A stretch of 63,369 bases of DNA, counting the filler, from Octopus bimaculoides (taxonomy: Eukaryota), in NCBI RefSeq assembly GCF_001194135.2. It is 4 parts of 3 records of this genome, joined end to end, with 100 filler letters (N's around TTAATTAATTAA, not from the genome) between each part and the next. Parts side by side here need not be neighbours in the genome. Positions count along the whole stretch, not along the records: positions 23,411 to 50,976 come from NC_068983.1; positions 51,077 to 62,120 come from NC_068996.1; positions 62,221 to 63,369 come from NC_068984.1; 1 more part is not named here. One strand, 5' to 3'. Shown piece by piece: positions 50,750 to 63,369 of the stretch. The notes beneath the pieces are model-generated. The model saw nothing but the letters and a program-made list of their open reading frames with translations. It was not told where the DNA came from and did no database searches. A program made the translations under genes and the position numbers. Position 1 is the first letter of the stretch. Each line of letters opens with the position of its first letter.

Positions 50750-50976
50750 ATCATCATCATCATCGTTTAACGTCCGCTTTCCATGCTAGCATGGGTTGGA
50801 CGATTTGACTGAGGACTGGTGAAACCGGATGGCAACACCAGGCTCCAGTCTGATTTGGCAGAGTTTCTACAGCTGGATGCCCTTCCTAACGCCAACCACT
50901 CAGAGAGTGTAGTGGGTGCTTTTACGTGTCACCCGCACGAAAACGGCCACGCTCGAAATGGTGTCTTTTATGTGCC
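50750..50976 (-). mobile_element. Young RTE 3' tail
   Basis: Reverse complement appears identical to 37534-37760. Confidence 0.92.
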
Positions 50977-51121
50977 NNNNNNNNNNNNNNNNNNNNNNNN
51001 NNNNNNNNNNNNNNNNNNNNTTAATTAATTAANNNNNNNNNNNNNNNNNNNNNNNNNNNNNNNNNNNNNNNNNNNNGATCCAACGGGAACAGTAATCCAA
51101 GGTAATCCGGCAGTTGGGTAC

Positions 51122-51167
<46 letters not shown>

Positions 51168-51370
51168 CAATATGCATGTATGTGTGTATTTGTGTATATG
51201 TATTTATGTATGCATGTACATTCTCACACATTTACAGCTATGTGTTGTCCAACCCACTATCCGGCAGCGTCCAATTCTCTAACGGTTTTTTTCAAATGAA
51301 TCAAGTCATAACCTTATCCATCTATTGTTTTCATAATCGGTCATAATGTCTTACGTTTAAGATGATTCCC

Positions 51371-51467
51371 ATGCTTTCCCTGATGAGAAGGTTACAATTT
51401 TAATATCAAAGATCTCTATGGATCACACAGGTTGTAATCCTTTGAAACATATGTAGGAATAAAGTAT
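51371..51467 (+). ncRNA. Type I hammerhead ribozyme with long stem II, followed by AATAAA
   Basis: TTCC-CTGATGA-GAAGG-TTACAA..TTGTAA(T)CCTTT-GAAAC-ATAT-GT-A-GGAA; stem I extension ATGCT/AGTAT. Predicted cleavage after GUA (51455); AATAAA at 51458-51463. Confidence 0.75.
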
Positions 51468-53539
51468 GCAATTATAACATGCGTTTTCTCCATTCCTTAA
51501 NNNNNNNNNNNNNNNNNNNNNNNNNNNNNNNNNNNNNNNNNNNNNNNNNNNNNNNNNNNNNNNNNNNNNNNNNNNNNNNNNNNNNNNNNNNNNNNNNNNN
51601 NNNNNNNNNNNNNNNNNNNNNNNNNNNNNNNNNNNNNNNNNNNNNNNNNNNNNNNNNNNNNNNNNNNNNNNNNNNNNNNNNNNNNNNNNNNNNNNNNNNN
51701 NNNNNNNNNNNNNNNNNNNNNNNNNNNNNNNNNNNNNNNNNNNNNNNNNNNNNNNNNNNNNNNNNNNNNNNNNNNNNNNNNNNNNNNNNNNNNNNNNNNN
51801 NNNNNNNNNNNNNNNNNNNNNNNNNNNNNNNNNNNNNNNNNNNNNNNNNNNNNNNNNNNNNNNNNNNNNNNNNNNNNNNNNNNNNNNNNNNNNNNNNNNN
51901 NNNNNNNNNNNNNNNNNNNNNNNNNNNNNNNNNNNNNNNNNNNNNNNNNNNNNNNNNNNNNNNNNNNNNNNNNNNNNNNNNNNNNNNNNNNNNNNNNNNN
52001 NNNNNNNNNNNNNNNNNNNNNNNNNNNNNNNNNNNNNNNNNNNNNNNNNNNNNNNNNNNNNNNNNNNNNNNNNNNNNNNNNNNNNNNNNNNNNNNNNNNN
52101 NNNNNNNNNNNNNNNNNNNNNNNNNNNNNNNNNNNNNNNNNNNNNNNNNNNNNNNNNNNNNNNNNNNNNNNNNNNNNNNNNNNNNNNNNNNNNNNNNNNN
52201 NNNNNNNNNNNNNNNNNNNNNNNNNNNNNNNNNNNNNNNNNNNNNNNNNNNNNNNNNNNNNNNNNNATAATTTTAATCTTCGGATTTTTTAAATATGCTA
52301 GGCCACTGGTTTTAATTGATTAATATCAATTTCTACCCTCATTATTAAATTTTTAAATAACAATGTTTTCAAACTGGTAAATTAGCTGTAGAAAGTTATT
52401 AACTGCAGAGTTATTTCCGACCTCAGCGCACCAGATTGAACACATTTGAAAAATACACAGAATGTAATTTGCAGAACTTTACACATGCTTCCTTTCGGGT
52501 GAACGTTCTGTGTCTAGTTCTGGAAATTATATTTTATAATCGACAGACTATGCTGACAATCCTGCAGATATTTACTTGTGTAAATATTAACAGGTGAAAC
52601 CATTGGTACGTAGGTAATCGTTTTATATTTCGTATATTTTCATTTGTCTTGCTCATTTTTACAGTCTGGTGTCTTGGTGAAACTTTTTTCTTGAGAACAT
52701 ACTCTTCATGGTCAGGTGATTTGGCATCTATTTCTTGCATATAGGAGTCCACTTTTGGTGGTCATTCCTCTTAATTTTGTATATATATATATTTACATAT
52801 TTCACTAAGAAACAGTACATGGTAACAGAATTTTTGACACAAGTCAAATATAACAAGCTACTCCAAATCATTATTAGACTTCATAAGTGGAGTGTAGACT
52901 GGCTAGCTTGTACTGGCATTGAACCATATAAGTTGTAATAATGAAGTTGAACAAAACAGTGATATTTTGAAATCATTTAATATGTACATTTCAGGTTCAC
53001 ATAATAGGAAATGCATCCATTATATAAACCTTCCTTAGTTAAAACATTTTGGAATATATTTTACTATCCTGCATGTGTAAGTGAAAGCAGGGTATTGTAA
53101 TCACTCATTTTTGTCTGTTTGTCTGGGTTTGCAAAATTACTGGAAAACAGCCAAATGGATTTTCACCAAATTTGGCAAAAATACTCATTGGATGAGTGGC
53201 TTGAAATGATGGAAATTTGGTTTATCTTCAAAACTGGCAGATGGGTGAATCAAAATGATTTGACTGCGCAGATCTTTTGTGAAAGAACACACAGGTTATG
53301 CATTGTTTTGGTATGTTCTCAGCACAAGAATCTATTACTAGCACATATAATTATGCATTATGTCTATCAAATACTATTTATCTTTCACCAGATGGAGTAC
53401 TTTTTTGTTGATCTTACCATCATGGAACAGTACACAATATATAGATATCTGTATCTCATTTGATTTTAACCTCGTCTGCATGTATAGATCACAGTGTACC
53501 TATACACATGTGGGTACATACATAAACAAATAAATAAAT

Positions 53540-54206
53540 GACCCAGGAAGACCTGGGATGAGGTGGTGAAGCACGACCTTCAAACATTAGGCCTCACTGA
53601 GGCAATGACTAGTGACTGAGAACTTTGGAAATATGCAGTGCATGAGAAGACATGGCAAGCCAAGTGAGACCATAATCTGTGGTCTCTGTCAGGGGTGTAG
53701 CCAGCCCACATATGGGTACTTTTCCTTCATTGGACACTAAACTCTGCTAGCGAAGACCTGTTGGGGCAAGTGAAATCGAAATCGTAATTGAACCATATTC
53801 GATGACTGGCACCTGTGCCAGTGGAGCGCTAACAGCACCGTCCGAGCATGATCATTGCCAAAGCAGCTGTCTGGCTTCTGTGCCAGTGGCACGTAAATAG
53901 CACCATTTGAGCATGATCGTTACCAGCGTCGCCTTACTGGCACTTGTACCGGTGGCATGTAAAAGCATCCACTACACTCTCGGAGTGAAAAAACATTCGA
54001 GCAAGGTCGTTGCCAGTACTGCTGGACTGGCTCCTGTGCAGGTAGCATGTAAAAAACACCATTTTGAGTGTGGTCATTGCCAGTACTGCCTGACTGGCTC
54101 TTGTGCCGGTGGCATGTAAAAGCACCCACTACACTCTCGGAGTGGTTGGTGTTAGGAAGGGCATCCAGCTGTAGAAAAGAGGGCATTAAACGATGATGAT
54201 GATGAT
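53540..54206 (+). mobile_element. RTE LINE extreme 3' end with tandem UTR units
   Basis: RPRKTWDEVVKHDLQTLGLTEAMT; repeated GGCATGTAAAAGCA.CCACTACACTCTCGGAGTG; GAT tail. Confidence 0.88.
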
Positions 54207-55321
54207 AGATATGCGTGTGTGTGTATGCATGTGTGCAGGTACAGTGATGGATTCAAGGGTTTCGTTTATTTATGAGTTGATTTCTTAATTTCACTAGAGT
54301 ATAAATACCTATAATGGTGATACTTAAAAAAAGAAAGTTTATTTGAATAATCATTTATTTAGTTATATGCAATTTTACTCATATGCATTTTGTGAAGACA
54401 TTGATCAAGTCTACTTTTAGCTGTCATCTATTTAGGCTTCTAACTCAAAGCTTAATTCAGTTCAATTAAAAAGTATGGGTAAGCAATTCATTGTAAACCG
54501 AACTATAATTTTCAAAACAATTTATCTGTGTATAGTGTATGCATCACCCCTCCAATGCCTTGTTTTTTTCATTTGGAAAAGTTTTAACTCAGGACAGTTT
54601 GCGCAATGGATGCATTCCCTACCATATATTATGCAAACTTGAAATATATGTATTAAATAATTTCAAGATATCACTTTTTGGGTTGAATTCATTATTACAA
54701 TGATATATATACCTATGCATACACACATGTACATAAACATATACACCTGTGCATATACATATATAGAAATGTAAGCTCACACAAATACATTCATTAAAAT
54801 ATATATACACATGTACACACATAAATATACATACATATAGGCATATATTTTTACATGTGCAGATATCATAAATGAACATAGCAGATACATACATATGCAG
54901 ACATTTTTTCAAAAGTCCACAGGATTAGGGGATGTACACATAACAATGAAGACTTAGGGAAAGAGAAGTGTAAAGGTTGAAAACATTTGTACATCATGAA
55001 GACAAAAAGGAATAAAGAAAACAAAGATATTTAATATACTACAAGTGTCAAGATACAAAAGGTGGAATGGAGTAGGTGGTTTAAACCACAAATAAAAAGT
55101 ATACATATGTACAGAGACGGAGATTAATGCATAGATATACACACGCACTTAAATGTACCAGCAGCCATGTCGAAACACATTTATTTACAAACACAAAAGT
55201 ATATATACATAGAAATCCTCATACATACACACACATACACAAAACATATACACCTATACTTAGAACATTGAGAGAACTACATCAGGGCAAAAGAAGATGT
55301 CCTTAAGACAATACGTGACTC

Positions 55322-56632
55322 TGCAGAGATTATCACAATTAAAATATTTGAATAAGGCACAATGAGCATATAGACACGTGCTGGTAAGAACCAACCAAAT
55401 TATACAATCATCTTTTGCAGAGATCATCACAATTAACATATTTGAATAAGGCACAATGAACATATAGACATGTGCTAGTAAGAACCAACCAAATTTTACA
55501 ATCATCTTTTGCAGAGATCATCACAATTAAAATCGAAATTGAGTTAAATTGGACACGAAATTCAGCTTGCGAAGACTTATTGGGGCAAGCGAAAGCGAAT
55601 TTGTGATGGCACCTGTTCCCAGCATTGCCTTTCTGGCACTTGTGCCCGCGGCATGTCTAAGGACTTTCGAGCGAGATTGTTGCCAGTGCCTCTGGACTGG
55701 CTCTTGTGCGGGTGGCNNNNNNNNNNNNNNNNNNNNNNNNNNNNNNNNNNNNNNNNNNNNNNNNNNNNNNNNNNNNNNNNNNNNNNNNNNNNNNNNNNNN
55801 NNNNNNNNNNNNNNNNNNNNNNNNNNNNNNNNNNNNNNNNNNNNNNNNNNNNNNNNNNNNNNNNNNNNNNNNNNNNNNNNNNNNNNNNNNNNNNNNNNNN
55901 NNNNNNNNNNNNNNNNNNNNNNNNNNNNNNNNNNNNNNNNNNNNNNNNNNNNNNNNNNNNNNNNNNNNNNNNNNNNNNNNNNNNNNNNNNNNNNNNNNNN
56001 NNNNNNNNNNNNNNNNNNNNNNNNNNNNNNNNNNNNNNNNNNNNNNNNNNNNNNNNNNNNNNNNNNNNNNNNNNNNNNNNNNNNNNNNNNNNNNNNNNNN
56101 NNNNNNNNNNNNNNNNNNNNNNNNNNNNNNNNNNNNNNNNNNNNNNNNNNNNNNNNNNNNNNNNNNNNNNNNNNNNNNNNNNNNNNNNNNNNNNNNNNNN
56201 NNNNNNNNNNNNNNNNNNNNNNNNNNNNNNNNNNNNNNNNNNNNNNNNNNNNNNNNNNNNNNNNNNNNNNNNNNNNNNNNNNNNNNNNNNNNNNNNNNNN
56301 NNNNNNNNNNNNNNNNNNNNNNNNNNNNNNNNNNNNNNNNNNNNNNNNNNNNNNNNNNNNNNNNNNNNNNNNNNNNNNNNNNNNNNNNNNNNNNNNNNNG
56401 AACATATAGACACGTGCTAGTAAGAACCAACCAAATTTTACAATCATCTTTTGCAGAGATCATCGCAATTAAAATATTTGAATAAGGCACAATGAACATA
56501 TAGACACGTGCTAGTAAGAACCAACCAAATTTTACAATCATCTTTTGCAGAGATCATCGCAATTAAAATATTTGAATAAGGCACAATGAACATATAGACA
56601 CGCGCTGGTAAGAAACAACCAAATTTTACATT
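55322..56632 (+). repeat. 94-bp tandem array split by an RTE 3' UTR insertion (55531-55716, +) and a gap
   Basis: AATAAGGCAC recurs at 55351/55445 and 56481/56575 (period 94); the insert matches RTE UTR at 53725-53790. Confidence 0.9.
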
Positions 56633-57008
56633 CATCCCCTTATACCACATCACAACAGCAACAAAAAAACAACTTCCATAACCATACCCACCACTTCTAA
56701 ACCATTATGGGAGAAAAAGGAAGACAGCTACTAAAACTACTACTGTTAGTGCTGCCACCACTGCTACAGCTACTATAATTCTTCTTACTTCAGAAGAGAA
56801 GGAACAAACTATTCCCACTACATCTATGGTTTCCACCACCACCACTACCACCTTCACCATTACAATTACTGCTTACTACTTATAAGACTGATACAACCAC
56901 TATTACTGCTGCTTCTAGTAATAACCACTCTTTAATACAAATATTACCAATGAGGAACAAAAGACAACTGCCACCACTAAAACTGTTACTACTACTAGAA
57001 TCCAGCAG

Positions 57009-57113
57009 CCATCAGAAGGATATCAACTACCATCAGAAGGATATCAACTACCATCAGAAGGATATCAACTACCATCAGAAGGATATCAACTACCATCAGA
57101 AGGATATCAACTA
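57009..57113 (+). repeat. Perfect 21-bp tandem repeat x5
   Basis: (CCATCAGAAGGATATCAACTA)5. Confidence 0.95.
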
Positions 57114-58555
57114 CCAGCATGTCAACTTGCCTAACAAATATGAAAATTTTACCCACAAATTTCTTTATAATCGCTGTTTGAAAGGGATTTATATAAATTT
57201 TCATTAAAATATACCCATCTTCCAGAAAGTTATGAGGGAAAAATGTCGGATCCTGTGAATTTTTTCGAAACTCCTCTCTCCACCCTGTCAGTAAAATTCT
57301 TTCCCATAAATTCCTATATATTCTGAAATCAACATCAAAGCAATATTTGCAAAAAAAATTTGTTCAAAAGTATCTGTTTTTCTGAATGTTGTGAGGCAAC
57401 AAAGAGTGGGGTGTATACATCTTTAGTAATGCCCTTTTATTTGTACAATTTTTCATTTCATGTATATTTCATTCATTGTTTGCAATGTTCTCCACCCCCC
57501 CCCACACACACACACTACAAAGCTTACAGATGGGCTATTGAACTGAAATCTCTATGTTGCTTTAAAGAGATGGTAAAACTTAACAAACTGCTTCTCCTAC
57601 CTTTGTTGGACTATCGTGATGTTTGTTTAAAAAAGAGAGATTATGACTGTGATAAAATAATGAAAGTAATATTTACTAAGCAAGTGAGGACTATTATACA
57701 AAGAAATAATTAGATGCAAAATATCATAAAAATTATTAGAATTGAGAATCAAATGTGAAAATATTATCAATTGGCTAGCAGAAAACTGCCCGCAGGGTGG
57801 TCTTTCTGTTAGGATTTTCTATGGCTGGATGCTCTACCTAATGCCAACAGTGTGCACTCTGTACCTTTCTTGTGGTACTGTTACTAATGAGATTGTCATC
57901 TAAGTTGCAAGACAGAAACAAAAAGATAAAGCCCCCATGACTAAAGGGTGGGGTGGTCTTCAGAGAGGACAGGTGACTTTATCTCAGGTACTGAGAGGCT
58001 AAAATATGAGAGAGGAACAAGAACAGGTGTCTTATTATGCCAGAGATGTATGGCTATCCTACATTATAAGGGTGAGTAGCAGTAATTGAGACAATGAAGA
58101 GAAAGAAGATGGTACAGATGGTGTGCCAGTGCAAACTCTCAAGGTAGATGAGCGTAAGGAAGGATATGGCCATGGGATCAAGTTGACATGTGAAAGTACG
58201 TACTTTTAAAAGAAAGTGAGGAGAAACTAACAGAGGATTAGAGGGCGGCGCAGAGTTGAATGTATTGAGTGAGATATAAGAGTAGAAGTGAAACTGGTAG
58301 GAATATCAGAGTGGAAAAGGGGAAAGTTAAGATGTAGTAGCTTGAGAAGGAGGATAAATCACCATGTGAAAGGTAAAGGAGTGTCATACAGGGAGATGTA
58401 AGAGTATTGAGAATGATAGCAGATATGTGAGGTGGTATGTACATGTGTGCATGCACATACACACACACATATGGAAACATACTTACACACATATGCACAT
58501 GTATATATGAATATATGTGTGTATGTATATATATATATATATATATATGTACTTA

Positions 58556-58946
58556 ATTGACTTTATAGAATTACAATATTCAATGAATAAGGAAGCCAAA
58601 TATTCTCCAAAAAGCCTCATTGCTGCAAATATACCACCCCATTTGAAAATGTGTCTCTTCATCTTGAAACGTCTGCTGTCGAAGGGTGAATATTACAGTA
58701 TCACAACTCTTATTAACATATTTACAAATGTACTTTATTGACTTTATAGAATTACAATATTCAACATTAATGTGAGCATTAAATTTCTTAGACAAAAGAG
58801 GGCAGTAAGGCACTATCCATTGATTACCAATTGTATGGTGACCAATTTTTGTTTCCAAATCTCCATCTTGTGGTGCCCTTCTTATGTATGATGGATATCC
58901 ATCATTACCCATTTGCGTTTCTTTAATGAAATTTTTGGGATAATGC
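58556..58946 (-). mobile_element. Helitron Rep/helicase fragment
   Basis: HYPKNFIKETQMGNDGYPSYIRR..NQWIVPYCPLLSKKFNAHINVEYCNSIKSIKYICKYVNK..DE..YICSNEAFWRIF. Confidence 0.9.
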
Positions 58947-59382
58947 NNNNNNNNNNNNNNNNNNNNNNNNNNNNNNNNNNNNNNNNNNNNNNNNNNNNNN
59001 NNNNNNNNNNNNNNNNNNNNNNNNNNNNNNNNNNNNNNNNNNNNNNNNNNNNNNNNNNNNNNNNNNNNNNNNNNNNNNNNNNNNNNNNNNNNNNNNNNNN
59101 NNNNNNNNNNNNNNNNNNNNNNNNNNNNNNNNNNNNNNNNNNNNNNNNNNNNNNNNNNNNNNNNNNNNNNNNNNNNNNNNNNNNNNNNNNNNNNNNNNNN
59201 NNNNNNNNNNNNNNNNNNNNNNNNNNNNNNNNNNNNNNNNNNNNNNNNNNNNNNNNNNNNNNNNNNNNNNNNNNNNNNNNNNNNNNNNNNNNNNNNNNNN
59301 NNNNNNNNNNNNNNNNNNNNNNNNNNNNNNNNNNNNNNNNNNNNNNNNNNNNNNNNNNNNNNNNNNNNNNNNNNNNNNNNNN

Positions 59383-59469
<87 letters not shown>

Positions 59470-59473
59470 TGTG

Positions 59474-59700
59474 TGAAGGTGCATGGCTTAGTGGTTAGGG
59501 TGTTTAATTCCCAGACTGGGAATTCCATTGTGTTCTTGAGCAATGCTCAATGCTCTGTGATCATTTTGTCATCTGTCACGTACACATGGTGCACCTGGAC
59601 TGGTAATGTTGATTTAGTGGAGAGGAGTGAGCTTATGTGAACATAAATACTTCATCACTATAAACAAATCATTTGTGTGACTGTTTGGCAAGAAATTGCC
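59474..59700 (+). mobile_element. Third tRNA-headed SINE family, degenerate
   Basis: GGTGCATGGCTTAGTGGTTAGGGTGTTT A-box head and TTCTTGAGCAA body. Confidence 0.6.
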
Positions 59701-59835
59701 ATTTAATTTCATTTTTTTAAATATGTATTTTTGATAAGGTTCGTTTTAAAAGAACCGGAACATGTTAAAAATATCTCTGACTAAATTTTAAATTAAAATT
59801 CATTTTTTATATATTGGCGTTTTCAAACTTCTTTT

Positions 59836-59873
<38 letters not shown>

Positions 59874-59892
59874 TATAAATTTTACATATATA

Positions 59893-60106
59893 TACAGCAA
59901 TCCCTCACCATATCACGGTTCACCTATCACAGTTTATTATTTAAGCCTCTGTGCTGTTGTTTTGCATTTATAATAAAATATATATATGCAAATTATAAAA
60001 ATTAAAAAATATATACAATACTGTACTGTTTCTACTTCACAGATTTTCACCTATCATGGGGTCTTTTGGAACATAATACCCACGATAGTCAAGAGATTAA
60101 TGAATA
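59893..60106. mobile_element. Tc1/pogo (Tigger-like) MITE
   Basis: Left TACAGCAATCCCTCACCATATCACGG and right CCACGATAGTCAAGAGATTAATGAATA form imperfect TIRs in TA context. Confidence 0.6.
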
Positions 60107-60210
60107 TATATATGTAAACAAATAACATGTACAAAGAAAATCATGTCTTTATTTTAGATCATCCTTAAAAATCCCACAATTGTTTTAATTGCATTAATGT
60201 TCACACACAT

Positions 60211-60246
<36 letters not shown>

Positions 60247-60399
60247 TTTCAATTTGAGGATGTCTTATCCTCGTAAGGAATTAATATATCCAAAAATTTC
60301 ACTGGTTTAATCCACAACTCATTCAAAGGAAGCCTAAACAATATGTATGAGATTATTACAATTATTATTAGATAAAAGTTGAGAAAATTGAGTAAATTT

Positions 60400-61040
60400 A
60401 TTATTGATAAATATATAACTGTATTGAAAAATAAGATTAAATTAGAACTTTGATCAAATGCTCAAGAGGCAATTAGTTGATTCAACCATATTGAATGCAA
60501 AGATAAATATAAATTCCTGCAGGTTGATATTAATGGCTATTAACCAAACAATGCTTAAAAGCACACTTATATTTGCCAAGAATATTACCAACTTAAGTAT
60601 GGATGAAATAAATTTTATATTAGCAGCCAGAAGGTAAGTCATTAGCTTTGATAATAAATTTGGGGTTAGTAAAGACACACATGACTGTATTGACATAACT
60701 ATGGGCATGACTGATTCTGCACAAGTGACAGACCTTGTAAGAATATATATTCTATTCAACTTCATTAGTGAATTTCCAGAAACAGGGGAAGGTCTGTATA
60801 GGAATGATGCACTTTTTGTCATCAAAAACCCAACTTTTAAGGAACTTCTTTACTTGTTTCAGTCATTTGACTGTGGTCATGCTGGAGTACTGCCTTTAGT
60901 CGAGCAAATCGACCCCAGGACTTATTCTTTGGATGCCTAGTACTTATTCTATCGGTCTCTTTTGCCGAAGTTACAGGGACATAAACACACCAGCATCGGT
61001 TGTCAAGCGATGTTGGGAGGACAAACACAGACATACAAAC

Positions 61041-61082
<42 letters not shown>

Positions 61083-61830
61083 GACGGGCTTCTTTCAGTT
61101 TCCATCTACCAAATCCACTCACAAGGCTTCAGTCGGCCCGAGGCTATAGTAGAAGACACTTGCCCAAGGTGCCACGCAGTGGGAATGAACCCAGAACCAT
61201 GTGGTTGGTAAGCAAGCTACTTACCACACAGCCACTCCTGCACCTGTATAAAAAAGAATTCAATTGGTTTTTCAAGAGATTTGGACTATCTATTTCAATA
61301 GGAAAAATAATAATTCTGTTAATTTTTTAGATGTTAATTTTAATCTAAAACCAGGTAGATATGCGCCTTACCATAAACCAAACTTTAAATTAACTTAGAT
61401 TAACATTAAAAGTAATCATCCTAAGTCAATAATTAATTGTTTAGTTCCAAATATTGAAAAAAATGAGGAAATTTTTAATGAAAATAAGGATTTCTATAAT
61501 AATGCACTAGCCAAGGCAGGGTATAAAAATAAAATTAAACATATTCAACCTATGGTTAATAATATGTGTAATGACCTAAAAGTAGGAACATTTAACTACA
61601 TGAACAAACTTAATAAAAGGACTAAAATTAAAATAAAAAATAAAAAATAAATTAATAATAGAAATTAATAATAGTAAAGACAAGGCAAACTGTAAATTTA
61701 ATAATTTCTGTAAACGGACGAATCTGGTATACCAGGCTATTGTAGAAACTGAAGGTTTGAATCACTTCTATATAGGATCGACTGAATGTTTAATTAAGAG
61801 AAGAATTGCAAATCATGAGAACCATAAAAT
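60400..61830 (+). mobile_element. Naiad-like PLE RT and GIY-YIG, degenerate, split by a SINE
   Basis: DITMGMTDSAQVTDLVRIYIL..GLYRNDAL; DVNFNLKPGRYAPYHKPN..SNHPKSII; LVYQAIVETEGLNHFYIGSTECLIKRRIANH. Confidence 0.85.
60846..61245 (-). mobile_element. Full-length tRNA-derived SINE (antisense, inside PLE RT)
   Basis: Reverse complement of the 12877-13307 family from head to tail. Confidence 0.92.
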
Positions 61831-61924
61831 TTTAATGGATGAATTGAATTTGAACCACTTTAAAACAAGAAATTTGTATCAAAGAACCAAGGTGGTCTCA
61901 TGCAAGCTAGTATCCAAAACATTA

Positions 61925-62082
61925 AATAAACCACACTGCATAGTAAGAAGCTTGCTTCTCAACCACATGGTTCCAGGTTCAGTCCCACTGTGTGGAAACT
62001 TGGGTAAGTGTCTTCTAGTAAAGCCTCGGGTTGACCAAAGTCTTGTAAGTGGATTTGGTAGACAGAAACTGAAAGAAGCCTA

Positions 62083-62120
<38 letters not shown>

Positions 62121-62345
62121 NNNNNNNNNNNNNNNNNNNNNNNNNNNNNNNNNNNNNNNNNNNNTTAATTAATTAANNNNNNNNNNNNNNNNNNNNNNNN
62201 NNNNNNNNNNNNNNNNNNNNTGTGTGTGTGTGTGTACCACCGCTTGACGACTAGTGTTTGTGTATTCACTTACCTGTAACTTAGCGGCTTGCCAAAAGAG
62301 AGGGATGGAAAAAATTACATGCTTTCAAAAATAAGCACTGGGGTC
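61925..62345 (+). mobile_element. SINE with gap in central (TG)n
   Basis: Head AAGAAGCTTGCTTCTCAACCACATGGTTCCAGGTTCAGTCC; tail resumes at 62221. Confidence 0.8.
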
Positions 62346-62364
62346 TATTCATTTTTAAGAACCC

Positions 62365-63369
62365 TCGGGAGTGGCCATGGGAACTAGAATGGGCCCCAAC
62401 TATGCGAATCTATTCGTTGACTACGTTGAGGCCCAAATATTCTCAAGTTTCACTGGTCCCACCCACGAGCTATACGGTCGTTATATTGACGACTGCATCA
62501 GTGCGACTTCATTCTCCCGCGAACATGTAAATTCCTTCCTCTCTTTTGTCAAATCTTTCCATCCAGCCCTCCACTTCTGCGCTATTTCCGACACTTCAGT
62601 CATCTTTCTCGACATTTCGGTCAGCATTCATCAATCCACTCTCAACACCTCCATCCACCACAAATACATAGACTCACACTTATACCTCAACTTCTCCTCC
62701 TCCTACCCTAAACACACCAAGATCTTTATCCCCTATTCCCAATTCGTCCGTCTACGCAGGCTCTGTAGTGATTTTGAGACTCAGTCTCAACTCATGGCTC
62801 GCCACTGCATCTTACTCGGATATCCTCTCACCACTATCCCCACCACCTTTGCCAGAACACGTTCCGTGTACCATGCATCTGCTCTCTTCCCTGCATCCAC
62901 CCCGCCGTCACCTGTCATCCGTTTCCCCTCACCTACCACCCCACCATCCTACCTCTCCAACGCATCATTCTCCGAGCCTTCCGGCGACTCCAGTCCGACC
63001 CCTCCATTTCGCACATCTTCCCTAACCGGCCCCTCCCCTCCTCCAAACGAGCCCTCAGCCTACATAACCTCTCGGTCCACAGCTTCTTCCCTAACCCAAC
63101 GTCCCAATCCGGCTCGTTCTCCTGCTCCCGCCCACACTGCCGCACTTACCCTTACCTCTCCAACAACACCCTCTTCACAAGCTCTCATTATCGACCCTAT
63201 CATATCGCTGACTCCTTCACCTGCACTTCTAGCAACGTCATCTACTGCATCTCCTGCTCTCTCTGTCCTCTATGCATCGGTCAAACGCGACGCCGCTTGG
63301 CTGATCGGTTCGCGGAACACCTCCGAGACATCAAACTCGGCAACGTCACCCCGGTCTCGTGCCATTTCC
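62365..63369 (+). mobile_element. Penelope-like element (Neptune-like) RT to GIY-YIG, runs off the window
   Basis: GVAMGTRMGPNYANLFV..YGRYIDD..FLDISV..PYSQFVRLRRLCS; CSRPHCRT linker; FTCTSSNVIYCISCSLC..IGQTRRRLADRFAEHLRDI. Confidence 0.9.

Noticed and set aside
55322-57113. CRISPR-like array
   Set aside because: The repeats are contiguous with no unique spacers, there are no cas genes, and the context is eukaryotic.

Overview
AT-rich, gapped draft eukaryotic sequence dominated by repeats. The SINE/LINE families and the (TA)n, (CA)n and (GAT)n microsatellites look like an octopus (coleoid cephalopod) genome; this is an inference from repeat content, not a database match. One convincing host coding exon is present (47905-48867, +; Ser/Thr/Pro-rich N-terminal region of an unidentified protein), so most of the window is probably intronic or upstream sequence. 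The rest is layered transposon debris: many RTE LINE fragments (some with an internal PHD-like C4HC3 finger), tRNA-derived SINEs, a CR1/Jockey-like LINE, two Gypsy relics, a Helitron fragment, MITEs and at least six Penelope-like element (PLE) fragments. Signals not explained by the ORF track: (1) several type I hammerhead ribozyme folds from different families in PLE-type tails, best at 24529-24596 (-), 51371-51467 (+) and 3582-3627 (+), the last sitting behind a tRNA-derived Pol III head; (2) a 1.5-kb LTR element with TG..TA LTRs, a CTCT target-site duplication and an inverted integrase half whose breakpoint overlaps the tRNA-Trp primer-binding site; (3) long fold-back sequences and a MITE carrying TTAGGG repeats. 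All alignments, folds and counts were done by eye.
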